This document shows, in pieces, positions 24,651-36,845 of a DNA stretch of 64,000 nt. Source of the stretch: Rhynchobatus australiae. Lineage: Eukaryota. Below the pieces are notes generated by a model, which was given only the letters and a program-made list of their open reading frames with translations, was not told the DNA's origin and made no database searches. Location of the stretch: NCBI GenBank assembly GCA_034780895.1, contig JAUZTB010000017.1, positions 22,301,590 to 22,365,589 of the forward strand, in the 5' to 3' direction. Position 1 is the first letter of the stretch. Each line of letters starts with the position of its first letter. Position numbers and translations under genes: made by a program.

Positions 24651-26329
24651 AGTTGCTGGAGATCAGGATGTGTGATCTTGCAGATAACTATCGGGAACTG
24701 AATGAAACTATCCAGTTAAGTGCTATCAACTGCTTCTTATCCCAACATGCATTAAAATCCTCTAATTTTTTGGTGTGTCGATCAATCAATGCAATGGATT
24801 AACTCCTAAATAGGGTAAGCTATGCAGCCTTGGAATTCAAGTCTGTAAACAGTTGGTCGGACAGGTGTTATTTAGCATCCCCCATCAGCTGCTGCGTGAC
24901 TCTTCTTAAAATAATATGTCAGTTGTTCACCATTTTAAGCCCTCAGGGTGACTGGTGATTGAACACAATTTATTAAGGCACACAGACATTATAACCGTCT
25001 CTCCAGCTACTTTCTATGAAACTGCACTCAGGATAAATTTAAGTGGGTGAAGGGTCATTCACTGAATTAGGTTTCATCCTTTTCCAAAAAATATAAAGAC
25101 ATTGTTCTGTGAGTCATTGTAAAGCTTCCAAAAGAGTTCTCATTATAATAGGGCTAATTACTGAAAAATATTCAGATGTTTAAATGGTTTATATCTTGAA
25201 TTTGTTACATCATGTGCAGTTTTATTAAAGCTTGAAGTTGGATCTGTTTCAACATACATTCTGCTTCTTGTGTTCGACCCTGAAATATAACCATTGTTAA
25301 GTCTCAGTCAGATGGAGTGAGGGAATATTACATTTACAGTTTTTGGAGAAAACACTTCTGCCAATGTCACAGACTAAACCATTTAAAACAAAAATAAATG
25401 AGTTTAAATAATCAGGTGGCTTCAGACTTTGGAATAGGACGCAGACAGCACCCCTCTAAAAAATAATTGACAGCAACTGAATACAAAGCCTGCAAAAACA
25501 CAGTTTTGCCTGAAGGATTTGCAGTGACAGCTTTCATAGGCCACTTGGGAAATCAGCTACCAAAGAAGGAAAACCTGCGTCTTCCCCCAGGACTGCCTGT
25601 GAAACTGAGTGCTGCAGACAGACTACTCCCTGGACCACCGAGGAAACTAAACCCCATAGATTCTTAGGCTAGTCAAAGTCAGACACTTGTCGCCAACTCA
25701 GATCTGCTAGGATTGTGGGTTTGCAGGAGGGGCAGCAGAGGAAAGTTCATGGGAGCAGTAATAATACTTCTGATAAAGCAGAGAATGACAGAAAAGGGAA
25801 AGGTTCATATGCTTTTGATGAGAAGGGCTCACATACTTTTCCTACCCTCCACAGTCACAGTCTGTAGACTTCAAGGCAACTGTTATGATTTGTTCTTCTC
25901 CAGATATTGTTTCCTGAGACCAACATAAAAGCCATAGGCAAACCCACATTTCTTCTGAACTAAAGTGAGACCCTCTGCATGAAAGAAAACAGGAAAGCAT
26001 ACACAAATGATTAACTTGTTGTCTCAAGACTTCTATAAACGATTTACACTGCATTGTGGTATAACTTCAAAACTTAATTAATACAGGTCCTTGCAGAAAC
26101 TTTACCAACAAACAGAACTGCCATGTTCAAAGCAGCAGTTTATGTCTGCTTCATGATGGCATACAAATTATGTCTGTAACTAACAGATCCACAATAGTCC
26201 CAAATGCAGTGTAGACTGGTGTCATGCAGAGTTGTGTCATAATCCCATCAATTTCTCAGTCTTTCTCACTGCATTGCTTCACATAACATCCAACAGGCTT
26301 CCTGCTAGAATGGAACTAATCTAGAGAAG

Positions 26330-26860
26330 AAATGGGAAACCATTCATCCTGCATTACTTCCACTCCAGAATCAAGATCACCCATCAAGATGCAGTAGCCA
26401 GATGGCAACTACACCTACATTCAGAGGCTGAGCTCCAAGAAATCACCAGACTCCCAAATGCACGCTATGTTCCGAGCTCTGTTCATGCAAAAGAGATTAT
26501 CAGGAGGATGGTGGAAAATAATGAAGAATATTCTCAAAGCAACCTTGAAAAAATGTAACATCCCTACTGACTATAGGAATCCCTGAAATTTGCCTGCCCA
26601 TAATAGAGAAGCATGTGGGTCATACTGAAAACTTCAAGTCCATTCATCTGGACTGCACATAAGCCCAGTATAAATGGGGGAAAAAGTGCACTGCTCCCCA
26701 AACTACCCACGTGTCTGCCCTATTGAGCATCTTCTGCCCCACTTGTGCAGGAGACTGCAGATTCCACAGTTGCCTTATCAACCTTGGTGGAACCCATGGA
26801 ACTGGAATGGAAGCAAATCATCCTCAGTCTGAGGCTCTGTCTCGGTTGAATAGGACTGGC
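26330..26860 (+). mobile_element. RTE-BovB-like LINE 3' fragment
   Basis: TRLP..SEL..NILKATLKKCNIPTD and terminal FCPTCAGDCRFHSCLINL; homologous to the ends of the RTE copies at 9.9 kb and 14 kb. Confidence 0.78.
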
Positions 26861-28779
26861 AAATTTAGATGGAAGGAACAACAGGTCTCTTTTGAAAGAA
26901 GTAATTAATCAGTTGTGCATCATTTGAAGAGACAAACACGTTAGGTCCCTGTATGTTTATAAAGAAAATGGGTGATCCAGTGATTGAAGTGAAATGGCCT
27001 CAGTGAATTTCCTGCCAAAATAATTTTTAAGCTAAGTTCCAGAACTGGCCAGACTGTAATTCATATCAAAATTGTCAGATTAGCGTACTCATAAAACGCT
27101 TATCCCGCACCTCTCAGCAAGGCAGCAGAACCTTATTTGAATAACTGATAGCTTATTATTCACACATTGGCCGCCTGTAGTGTGTGATAAGTATTGGATC
27201 GGACTGTGCTCAATGGACCTGCTGCCTGTGCTAGCCCCACAGCCTCACTAACTTTTTGTGACAGGGTGGCTCCCAAAGGCCCTGAGGTCTCAGTTCCATG
27301 GCCGACCTACAAGCAGAGTGGGCTGCAAGTGCAACTTGGCCCCCAGGCAATATGTCCTGAGCCACTGCCTGCCCCAGCACCATCATGACAGTCTTTGACT
27401 ACTCATACTGCCAACTGCTCCCTTTGGACTGTGCGTGTTTTCATCGGACAATCACTCCTGTATCACCCGTCCTCCTTGATGAAATCAGGGACAACAGAGA
27501 AAAGCAGAAAGCAAAGACAATCAACTTATATAGTAACAAACAAGGGAATGTTACGTTCCAGTTGACCGGCATGCATCCCATCAGATTAGTAACAATATTT
27601 GGCATCTAAGTAATGCCATATTAAACCAAGAAATTGATTTTCCACTCCGACCCATCTCAGGATCAGTTGGGGTGTACAAGTATGTCTTGATCTCAGCTGA
27701 GTGCAGATGGTGTTTTAGGTTCAGTTTATTTTAAAGGCTCATCAAGCACCAAGTGGGACTGTTAATTTAGAAATGCCAGTCACTATAAATCAGTGCCAGG
27801 AAATTGTGCTGTATCACAGATCTTAAATGACTGTAGCATTAGCTATCTCAAATGGCATTTTAGCCTTGGGCTTTGCCTGCTGTCCTGTTACATCAAACAT
27901 TCAGGAAATCCTAGGAAGATGTCAGGGACACCTTACAGACCTCTAGATAGTCACTTGGAAGGGCCTCCAGGAAACAGAGGTGGTTTTCTGCTTGAACCTT
28001 CAATTGAGCTTTACCCACATGAAGTCTAGTCCCAAGAACAGAACAGTGGATACTCTGTTTATCTCACAAGAAACTATTATTCACAATCTGTCATCCTCAT
28101 ATCGCAAATCAGAGTTGTCTTCAAGGTATAATCCAAAAAGTATGGCCAGGGGAACTGCCTTTTCACTAAGAATTCTAGCTGATCCAATTCCATTAAACCA
28201 CGTGTGTAACTCAACAAAGTATTACAGTGACATAAGACATAACCCCTATAATGTTCATTATTATGTGCAAAGTCAAAGCCTAGGTTTTGCTATTGGCAAA
28301 TGGAAGTGTGATGAATAAGAAACAGTTTAAGCCTCAACAATGTGCAACCAAGATGACCAATGAATAAACCATCTAGTCTACAGCTGATATCCAAATTGAT
28401 GTTACTGAGTATAGCTTGATTCTCAGACTCCTAAACTTAGTTCACTACTCCCAGCTAATGCTTATAAACTTTGACATTGTCTTCTGACTCTTCCATCACT
28501 ATCTAAGCAGGCTGCAGTCCTCAGTCATTTGAAGGGAGGAAGACACAAGGTGAGGGATCTAATGAAGGAGGACAAAAGGCAGAAGAGGTACCTAGTGACC
28601 AGCTACAACTTGTAAAGCAGAAGTGATTGTAGGATGAAAGGTTGGTTAGAAAATAAAGGTAATGAGGCATTAAAGGTAGCTTCAGTTTTAATGGTTTCCA
28701 CCTTGGCACTGGCCCCAGTCAGTCCAATAATGGATTGCAATCTTCCTTCAGAGGGTGAGAGAATACAGTTAAGCCAACA

Positions 28780-29320
28780 CCACCTCTCAGCTAGTTGCTG
28801 CTGCAGGAGATAATCTGCTCCCTTTTCCCTCAAGAGGGAGGAATGCGCATTAGGGTCATGCTAATAGTTTGGGTGACGTGAGAGCCATGGTTGAATAGCT
28901 GGAGTGCACGCAAGCTGTCGGATATGAGTGGGAGATATGCAAAGGTAGTAAGTGCATGAGGCTGAAGTACATGATACGCATATTAGGTAAGAATCTTGTT
29001 TGATGTACAGGTGATTTATGCAGTAGTGATGAAATGAGCTGGTTGTGAGGCTACTGGTGCAGTTGATGGAGTATGACATTTGTATATGCATTCACTAAAC
29101 TTGACCAAGCGTGTGAGGTCATGTGAATCCAGCACTGCATTTGTATACTCAGGGCTTGCTTCTCGGCATTCTCCTCTTTATCTCCCTCTCTTGCCCTCAC
29201 AATGTCTACAGGGCTACCTGGTTCCTCACCTCTTCCACATCACACCTCCCCTCTAAGATTTATATTGCAACAGCTGACAAGTGGGGCGTGCACTCTCTCC
29301 TGTGTCGTTCCAATCCTTTG
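28780..29320 (-). mobile_element. PIF/Harbinger Myb/SANT-gene fossil
   Basis: Minus strand atgcagtgc..catgacctcacacgcttggtcaag (MQC..DLTRLVK, cf. QCRKKFNDL); segment 28870-28935 aligns by eye with 52270-52340. Confidence 0.55.
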
Positions 29321-30169
29321 TCATCAAGTTGAAAGTTGAATTTGCCACCATTTGCAGTTCCACCAGTTCAGAGTAAGAGCTGCAGGCAGGCTTAAGTTGA
29401 GCGGGCAACTTTGACTTATCACTTATTAAAATGGAAATCTGTGCTGAGGAGTTCATCAACTTAACAGTTAGTTATGCTGGCTAGGTGCTGCAATCAGGTT
29501 AAATGCACATTGTATTGTAAATCCACACAAATACTGTCTAACCTATTCCATATGATATCTAAAAATGCACAATATTTAAAACCTGGCAATAAAATTTAAA
29601 CCACAGGATGTTTGAAATCCATTGTAGGTCAGTGTGCATCTGTAGTTATAAAAAACTAGTAAAGATATTTGAAAAATGTATCCTTTGTACATCTCAGTTA
29701 TAACTTTGCAGTATTTAAAATCTTTCCTTTGCCTTTTGATATTCAAAAACATTTAGCTTGAAACTACAATTACAAATATTGTTAAAGATTTGTTTTAAAA
29801 GTCACCAATGTTTATAATGAAACCTGTAGTAATAAGCTAAGATTATTATGGAGTCTCAGCTGCGCTTAGTTTTGTCAATCTTCATGAATCTCCATGCCGA
29901 CAATGAAAATTTACCTTTAATTGTTTCCAGCTTTCTCAGCTGCTTACAAGACCTTTAAAGAGTGTGGAGTGTGTAACTTCAACAGCTAGGAATGGTAGAG
30001 GCAGCAGCAAAGGACAAAGCTCACAGATGTACAACATCCTATTATGTTTATAATACAAAGGAAATGTCATGGGGGCCTCCAGCTTACCTCAGCAGGATCT
30101 AACTTCTCAATGAAAAGACTGCCAGTGAAACTTTCAACAAGAACTTATAATAGTGGCAACATTGAACCA

Positions 30170-31730
30170 ACCAGATTGCTTGCAATGGATACATAATTGG
30201 CTAAGGAACAAAAATCAGAGAGGAAGATGATTAGTTGATTTTCAGACTGGAGGGAGATGTACATTCCTGGAATTTGGATCTCATTCATTTCTGTTTACTA
30301 AACATGTGCTATATAGAGTGCTAATGCCTAATCTGATCTCCCACAATCATGAAATAGTGATCTGCACTCAGAAGCATGCGCTAAAACCAGCCAAAGCATC
30401 CAAGATGGAGCATCGCCTAATTTAGTGGAGGTGGAAGCACTTCCAGACACAGCTATCAGAGGGAGATGCCAGTCTTTAAAAATACACTGCAGTCCCACCT
30501 CCAGCTGGCTGACACAGTGATGGCTATAGACACACTGGACTTGGGTAGTCAATAAACCATAGAAACCATAGAACAATACAGCACAATATAGGCCCTTCAG
30601 CCCACCGTGTTGTGCCGCTCATTAAACCACACCTCACACCATCTAATCCTTTCCTCCCGCATATCCCTCTATCCCACATTCCTCCATATGCCTATCCAAC
30701 AACCTCTTGAACCTGTCCAACGTANNNNNNNNNNNNNNNNNNNNNNNNNNNNNNNNNNNNNNNNNNNNNNNNNNNNNNNNNNNNNNNNNNNNNNNNNNNN
30801 NNNNNNNNNNNNNNNNNNNNNNNNATCCACACAGCCAAGCTTCCCTGGATCCCATGGCTCCTGACCTTCTGGAGAAGTCTACCATGAGGAACTTTATCAA
30901 ATGCCTTACTAAAATCCATATAGACCACATCTGCTGCACTTCCCTCATCAATCTTCCTCGTCACCTCCTCAAAGAACTCCATCAGGCTTGTGAGGCATGA
31001 TCTTCCCTTCACAAAGCCATGCTGGCTGCCCCTAATCAGTCCATGACTCCCTAGGTGTTCATATATCTTATCCCTTAGAATCCTCTCTAACAGCTTACCC
31101 ACCACAGACGTGAGACTCGTCGGTCTGTAATTCCCCGGGCTATCCCTACTGCCTTTTTTGAATAAACACAGACAAAATGACGTCAAGACCATCACTGGCA
31201 AAATTTAATGAATGCAGGCAACAGATAACTAAAGGAGGTAATATATTCAATCCCAAAATGTTAAAGACCATCGAGGAGCAAAGAGAAGGTGACAACAGAA
31301 GTTGATATAGCTATTGAAAAGGCAGACCGGATCTCTGGTTTTAGACATAAAAATGAACATAAACTTTATGCATAAATTTTATAAAAGACTATTTAGGCAC
31401 CAGTTGGAATATGTGGCCATTTCTGGGCACCATACTTCAGGAATGATGTCAAGACACTGCACAGATAAAAGTTAGGAGAAGAGCATCAAGAATGAACGAC
31501 AATGATTCGTGGATAGACGAGGAAAACTGTGATTGCTTCTGGTAGACAGAATACGTTAAGGGGAGATTTTAAGGCTAAAAGGCTTCAAATGAATGGCTGA
31601 ATGGTTAAATATTTGAAAGGGAAAAGACTTGCAGGGCCCTGGGGAAAGAGCAGAGAGTGGTTCTAATTGGATAAACTTCCAAAAATATGGACTGAATGCT
31701 TCCTTTCTGTGCTGCATCATTCTCTAATTC
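30170..31730 (+). mobile_element. Old CR1 LINE remnant disrupted by later insertions
   Basis: WIHNWLRNKNQR and FSDWRE near 30185-30260; YKRLFRHQLEY / FWAPYFRNDV near 31380-31450; CR1-like 3' UTR to about 31730. Confidence 0.65.
30558..31165 (-). mobile_element. Young 5'-truncated CR1 LINE (RT domain, gap, 3' tail)
   Basis: Uninterrupted LFKKGSRDSPGNYRPTSLTSVVGKLLE..QHGFVKGRSCLT..DVVYMDFSKAFDKVPH; (ccatagaa)n tail; aataaac at both ends (30551-30557, 31161-31167) as possible TSD. Confidence 0.93.
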
Positions 31731-34700
31731 TGTAAGTCTTTTAAAATAAAGAAATACGTTTTAGAAAAAACCTCCAAAACTGATTAAAATTCACTTTTCT
31801 CTAAATGCAGAAAACTTGCACAGCTGCCTCTTCTTTTGGCGACCTGCAACTGACTGGCCTTTACTTGGCATCCAGCTTGACAGAAATTTCAAACTGCAAG
31901 AGCTTTTAACTGTACCTAATGTGTATAGTTGGGTTTTTTTTTGCTTAATAGACAGAGCTTTACCTGATCTGCACAGCAAGGCGTAAAGATTAACAACAAC
32001 CAAAAATGTATATATTTTATAGTTTCCTTTTCCAAATGAAGTGAAATGGGATCCAAGAACTATTAGGATCTCAGCACTGATAATGTGAGGCAAAAGTTTC
32101 CAGACAGCTCAGCAACCAAGCCCCGCTCCTTTTGGCTATTTTCACTTAGTTTCTGATGCTCTGCAGGCTTTTTCAACTTTAGAATTAGTAATTAGGTTCA
32201 GTGATAACAGAATAACGATTTTACTTTATTGGTTATAAATCAGTGGAATGAAAACCAGCCAGCTTCTCTAATGGACATCTGATCTGTTCTGTCAATGTAT
32301 CGGCCAGTTAGAGAAGCTGAAAATAGACCTCTTCTTGTTTTGTTACCATCCTGAGGAAGATGACAGCAAATAAACTAAAGAGAAAAAAATGCAGGCTCAA
32401 GGGTCTCCATTCAATAACCATCCTCACACTGCCAATGAAGAGACTTCTGATACTGGAGTCCCCAGAGAGTACGGAGCTCTGAGCCAACACCATCTTCTCA
32501 TTTTTTTTTTCTTCCCTTACTAACTCACTCGATCACTCACTCATTTACTGATGCATTGAATTTAACTATTTTGATGAGGTTGTTTGCCTCAGATTTTAGC
32601 TATGCATTAAATTTAACATCTTTATTAGGGTTTCCCAAGCTGAGGAAACAAGCAGTTGAAAGTAGGCCAGAACATTACCTGTACACCAGTGAAGAGCAGG
32701 AGTGCCTCTATCAGAGTTGTAGCCCTTCAAACTAACTAACATTCCACTTTTATGATATTCTCCTGCAATTATTCCCTGTCCCACCAGCAATCTATCCACA
32801 ACCCTCATTTCAGTGCAACTGCCGTTCCTGACTCTCTTCCAACTTCTCCAGATAGGATAATCACCCCCTTCTCCTCCCAAAGCATTTTGGTGTCTACCCT
32901 ACCCCCTTCCCCATGCCGATCATCTCTTCTTCCCTCCTCTACATTCCAAACTGTGATCCAGCAGGCTTCTGCCCACAGCTAATCAGCCTCTCAATCTATT
33001 TAGGAAATGGAGTCAGAAAGTTTAAATTCAGCAGCAGCTGCAGAAAGTCTACATTGATAGGTTTACTGAACTCAACACTTCACATACCCTCAATCTCTTC
33101 CTCCCATCTCAACATATTCTCCTCATATTTCTGGGCCAGTGACATTAATAAACCACAGCCTTTCTTGGCTGGAGGATAAGATTAAGAAAATCGAAAGACT
33201 AGAGTTTAACAAATTTAACAAATTGTTGCATAGTGATCTGGCCCCACAAAGATGTCAGAACATACTGAGGGAGTTCCTAGAAGAGGGGTAATTGCTAGGA
33301 TTTGGCATGGGTGATCTGGTTCTCAAAATAATGTGTGAAATGGAATGAATACCCTGCCTGTTTATCTGGTGATTTATGTAGGTTTAGTATGTACTCTGTG
33401 CTTTTATGTTGCATATATCTGAGAGAAAATTCTTCAAATAATATTGAAGATGGGGGTCAGTTAGCCATGATTTTGCAACACCTTAGGAAACATATTCTTA
33501 TACTAAGATAATTCAATTTCTGAGACTAGGACATGAGTGGTTGCAAAAATCAATTGGATTCATCTGTCTGCAACTGTTGGAACAATTCACGTTAGCCTGT
33601 GAATTGTCCCAAATGTAACATTTATTTTGACTCACTGAAAGTTCAAACTTAAGATTTTTCTGCCTCATTAGGTCCTGAATTCACGTTTTCTGTAGGTCTA
33701 TAGAAATTTTATGTTCTGTGAGCCTGTGTAGGAAATTGGATGTGGCATGAGCAACAGGAAGTAGCACGTGTGGGTTTCTTTGCCAAACCTGCTGTTCAGT
33801 GACATCACATGTCCATGTGGTAATAAATACAATGCAAAGTTACATCTCGTGCTTTACCAACAACAGCATCAGCACAGAAAATTCTGACGACTATCATTGA
33901 GAGCTTACTGAATATTGAAGATTACTATAATATACAAATTTTTGAACATGTAGAAATATCACAGAAACAGTAAGCCTATGTTAGCAATAACTTTTTTCCA
34001 GCACAGCTTGGCAAGTCTGAACTTTAAACTCTAGAAATGGGATTGCACCTGTTTTTGATGCATTAAACCATGGGCCCTCCACAAAAAAATCAAGAAATTG
34101 ACCAAAAAGGAGTTTGCAGCAGCATTAGGGTATTTTTTTTACTCGGGAATTCAGAAACAACATGTACAATTCCTGATGAAACCACTTTCATTCTGGTGAT
34201 GCTGTTGAAGCTTTGCTGCAAAGCTCCTAAAGGCACATTCCCCAATGTAGGCAGACCAAAGCAACACACACTATGGAGGAGAGGGAGACTACAGGAGAGA
34301 GGCTGGAGGAGAAAGGAAACGAACTCCCAGATTTATACAATCAGACAAACAAGTGAGAGATAAATGCTAAGAGGAAGGTCCTATATGCCAGGGAACTAGA
34401 AGAACCTCCAGGAAAAACAGTAATAGCCTGGCAAGGGATCACTTAAATAGTTCCTTCTAGTGAGAATAATTGAAAATGAAGAATGCCAAAAAAAATTGCA
34501 CGAGCTCAGAATATAAGACAAGGTGAGCTACATACCACTAAAAAGTTTCTCTCCTATGCACACACACATAAACTTCACATACCTTCAACCCCTTCCTCCC
34601 ACCTCAACCCATTCTCCATATACACACGCAAACTAATGAACACATACACACTCTCCAGTGAACACACATACATGTACAAACATGATAATCACAAAAATTA

Positions 34701-34889
34701 TCACTCCATTGACACACTTATCTCACCATCAGCATTCTAGAGGGCAGTCAGGACCTATGCTCTGGTTTGAGAGCCGGTGAGGTCCCACTTCCCAATACCA
34801 ACCACCTAAAAGGTCTATGAGCCAAGGCTGTATAACATCATTCTACTGACTGGCAGTGTGTATCTTCATTATCACCAGTGGCATTATCA

Positions 34890-35048
34890 TGAAATAAAAA
34901 CAGGAGATGCTGGAAAAACTCAGCAGGTCAGGCAACTCTAATATTCTGATGAAGGGTCTTCGACTTGAAACTTTAACTATTCTTTTGCCTGACCTGCTGA
35001 GTTTTTCCAATATTTTCCAGCATCTGCAGTAATTTTGTTTTTGATTTT
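34890..35048 (+). mobile_element. Palindromic Penelope-terminal-like mini-element with hammerhead-like core
   Basis: tggaaaaactcagcaggtcaggca and tgcctgacctgctgagtttttcca are reverse complements; the loop contains CTGATGA-A-GGGTC-ttc-GACTT-GAAAC (34946-34971). Confidence 0.7.
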
Positions 35049-36595
35049 CCACTGTCAACATTCTGGAACACCTACACAGAGTAGACCAGAGGCTCAATAT
35101 CCTGCAGCAAGTGATTTGCCACTTCATACCAAATTCTACAACACACATCTGAAGTATAATGGAGTAGTCTCTGCTTTCTTGGTTCACTGGGAAATCTGCT
35201 AGTCTGGTACCACCAAAGACCAAGGCATGTCAGATTATTGAAGCTTTGCTGTATTTGACTTTGCTTTGTTTTAAATGATTTCAAGACACTAACAGTATTC
35301 AAGTGTGTTCTTATTTAATGCACCAAACATCCTCCAGTGTGCAGGGATAGGTTACATTGGTGTGGTAACTGCTGCCATTACAGCATATCATATGACGCCT
35401 CACTTAGAAAAGCTGCTAGTCATATGAATGCAGTTGAGAAAAATCTTTGTTTAGTACAAGACATTGCATGATGCCTTTCCATCAAAAATGATGGTGTCAC
35501 CGCAGTACAGCACATGACTGTAAAAAAGTTTGACTGATGCTACAACTGCCATGTGAGGATTTAAAAATGCCTTACTCAAAAGTGATTGCTTGTGAAACTA
35601 CATTGATCGCTTCCAAATGTGAACTGAATAGAACTTTCAGCTTCTGCCACTGATTATTCAGTTCTTCCCCATTGTGTAATCTGAAACTGTCAGTTGATAC
35701 AAAGAATTTCTTATTGCAGATTAACTCTAGGCTCTCCTGCCATGAAATGTTAGCAATTCCCTCTGCCGAATGCATGTCAAATCGATCAATATATTGTGAT
35801 GTGCATTATTGTCAACTGCATTGCATATAATGGGGAAGAACAATGGACCAACACATTCAAGCTTTTGACCACTGTTTAGGCCTTCAGAATGGAGATCCTC
35901 TGTGCAGAGGCCAGAGTTCTTTAAGTGAGGCTCCACTTATCGGGAACTAGAGACATTGTGGCAGACCACTTAAGTAGGATCAGGGACCAACACGCACAGA
36001 AGGGTATGAAGGAATAATATGCATCATGTCATCTCTTCCACCAGATTGTTGGTGTGCGATGCTGGTGGTGATGGTTTGCTCATGGAGACGATCACTTGGC
36101 ATGCATTGCAGACTATTATTTTGCAGGCTCCTTATAAAGAGTGTCTCTTCCATTGATGAACAGGCCTGCATTATTAATCATCGTCCTTTTTGGCAGATGA
36201 GTACATTAATGTCTGTTTGAATTCATGGGAAGTTAGCACTGGTGACAAATCCCAGTGCCACTCTCCCCTCAATGAAATCAAAACAAAAGATGAATTTTCT
36301 TCATGAGTGGAGAGACTTGGTGACCTCTTTGATACTCTAGCGAGCAGCAAATTTGGAAATATAGCCCAAATCCACTACTGGAGTTGAAAGTGATACAGTA
36401 ATAAGGGAATTAACCATCATTGTCAACACATGACCTCCAAAGAGAGATCAGACCAAGCATGAAAGTCTCACAGGATTTCACATTTTTCATTTGAAAGACT
36501 TTGAAATCCTGAGTCTCATATTCTTCACACAGGTCCAGTTACAATGTCTGAAGCCTCTCTGGGAATCATTACTTTGCAGATGGGCATTTATTTAC

Positions 36596-36845
36596 CTCTT
36601 GCCCTGATGTCCCAAACATCTGAGTGGTCTGCCACAGTTAGGGCAACGGTTCCTGCAGTAGATGCCCACCGGCCAGCAAAGACAGTACTGAGCCACCCAT
36701 TGATACAGTAATCCAGCAGCTGAATGCTGGAAAAAATGTTCCTTGGTAGTTGTAGCATACTCTGTGAATTTTGGAAGGTGTTGCAGCAGACTGCAGACAG
36801 TTCCCAGACAACCTGTTCAATCCTCTTGATGTTCGAAGAGTGTTC
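36596..36845 (-). other. Candidate 250-nt exon (unassigned)
   Basis: Minus strand: polypyrimidine tract ttcttgctttttctctcc, acceptor gaag, donor GAG|gtaaat; phase-0 frame open for 83 codons (EHSSNIKRIEQVVWELSAVCCNTF...DVWDIRAR); higher GC than flanks; no recognised homology. Confidence 0.3.
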
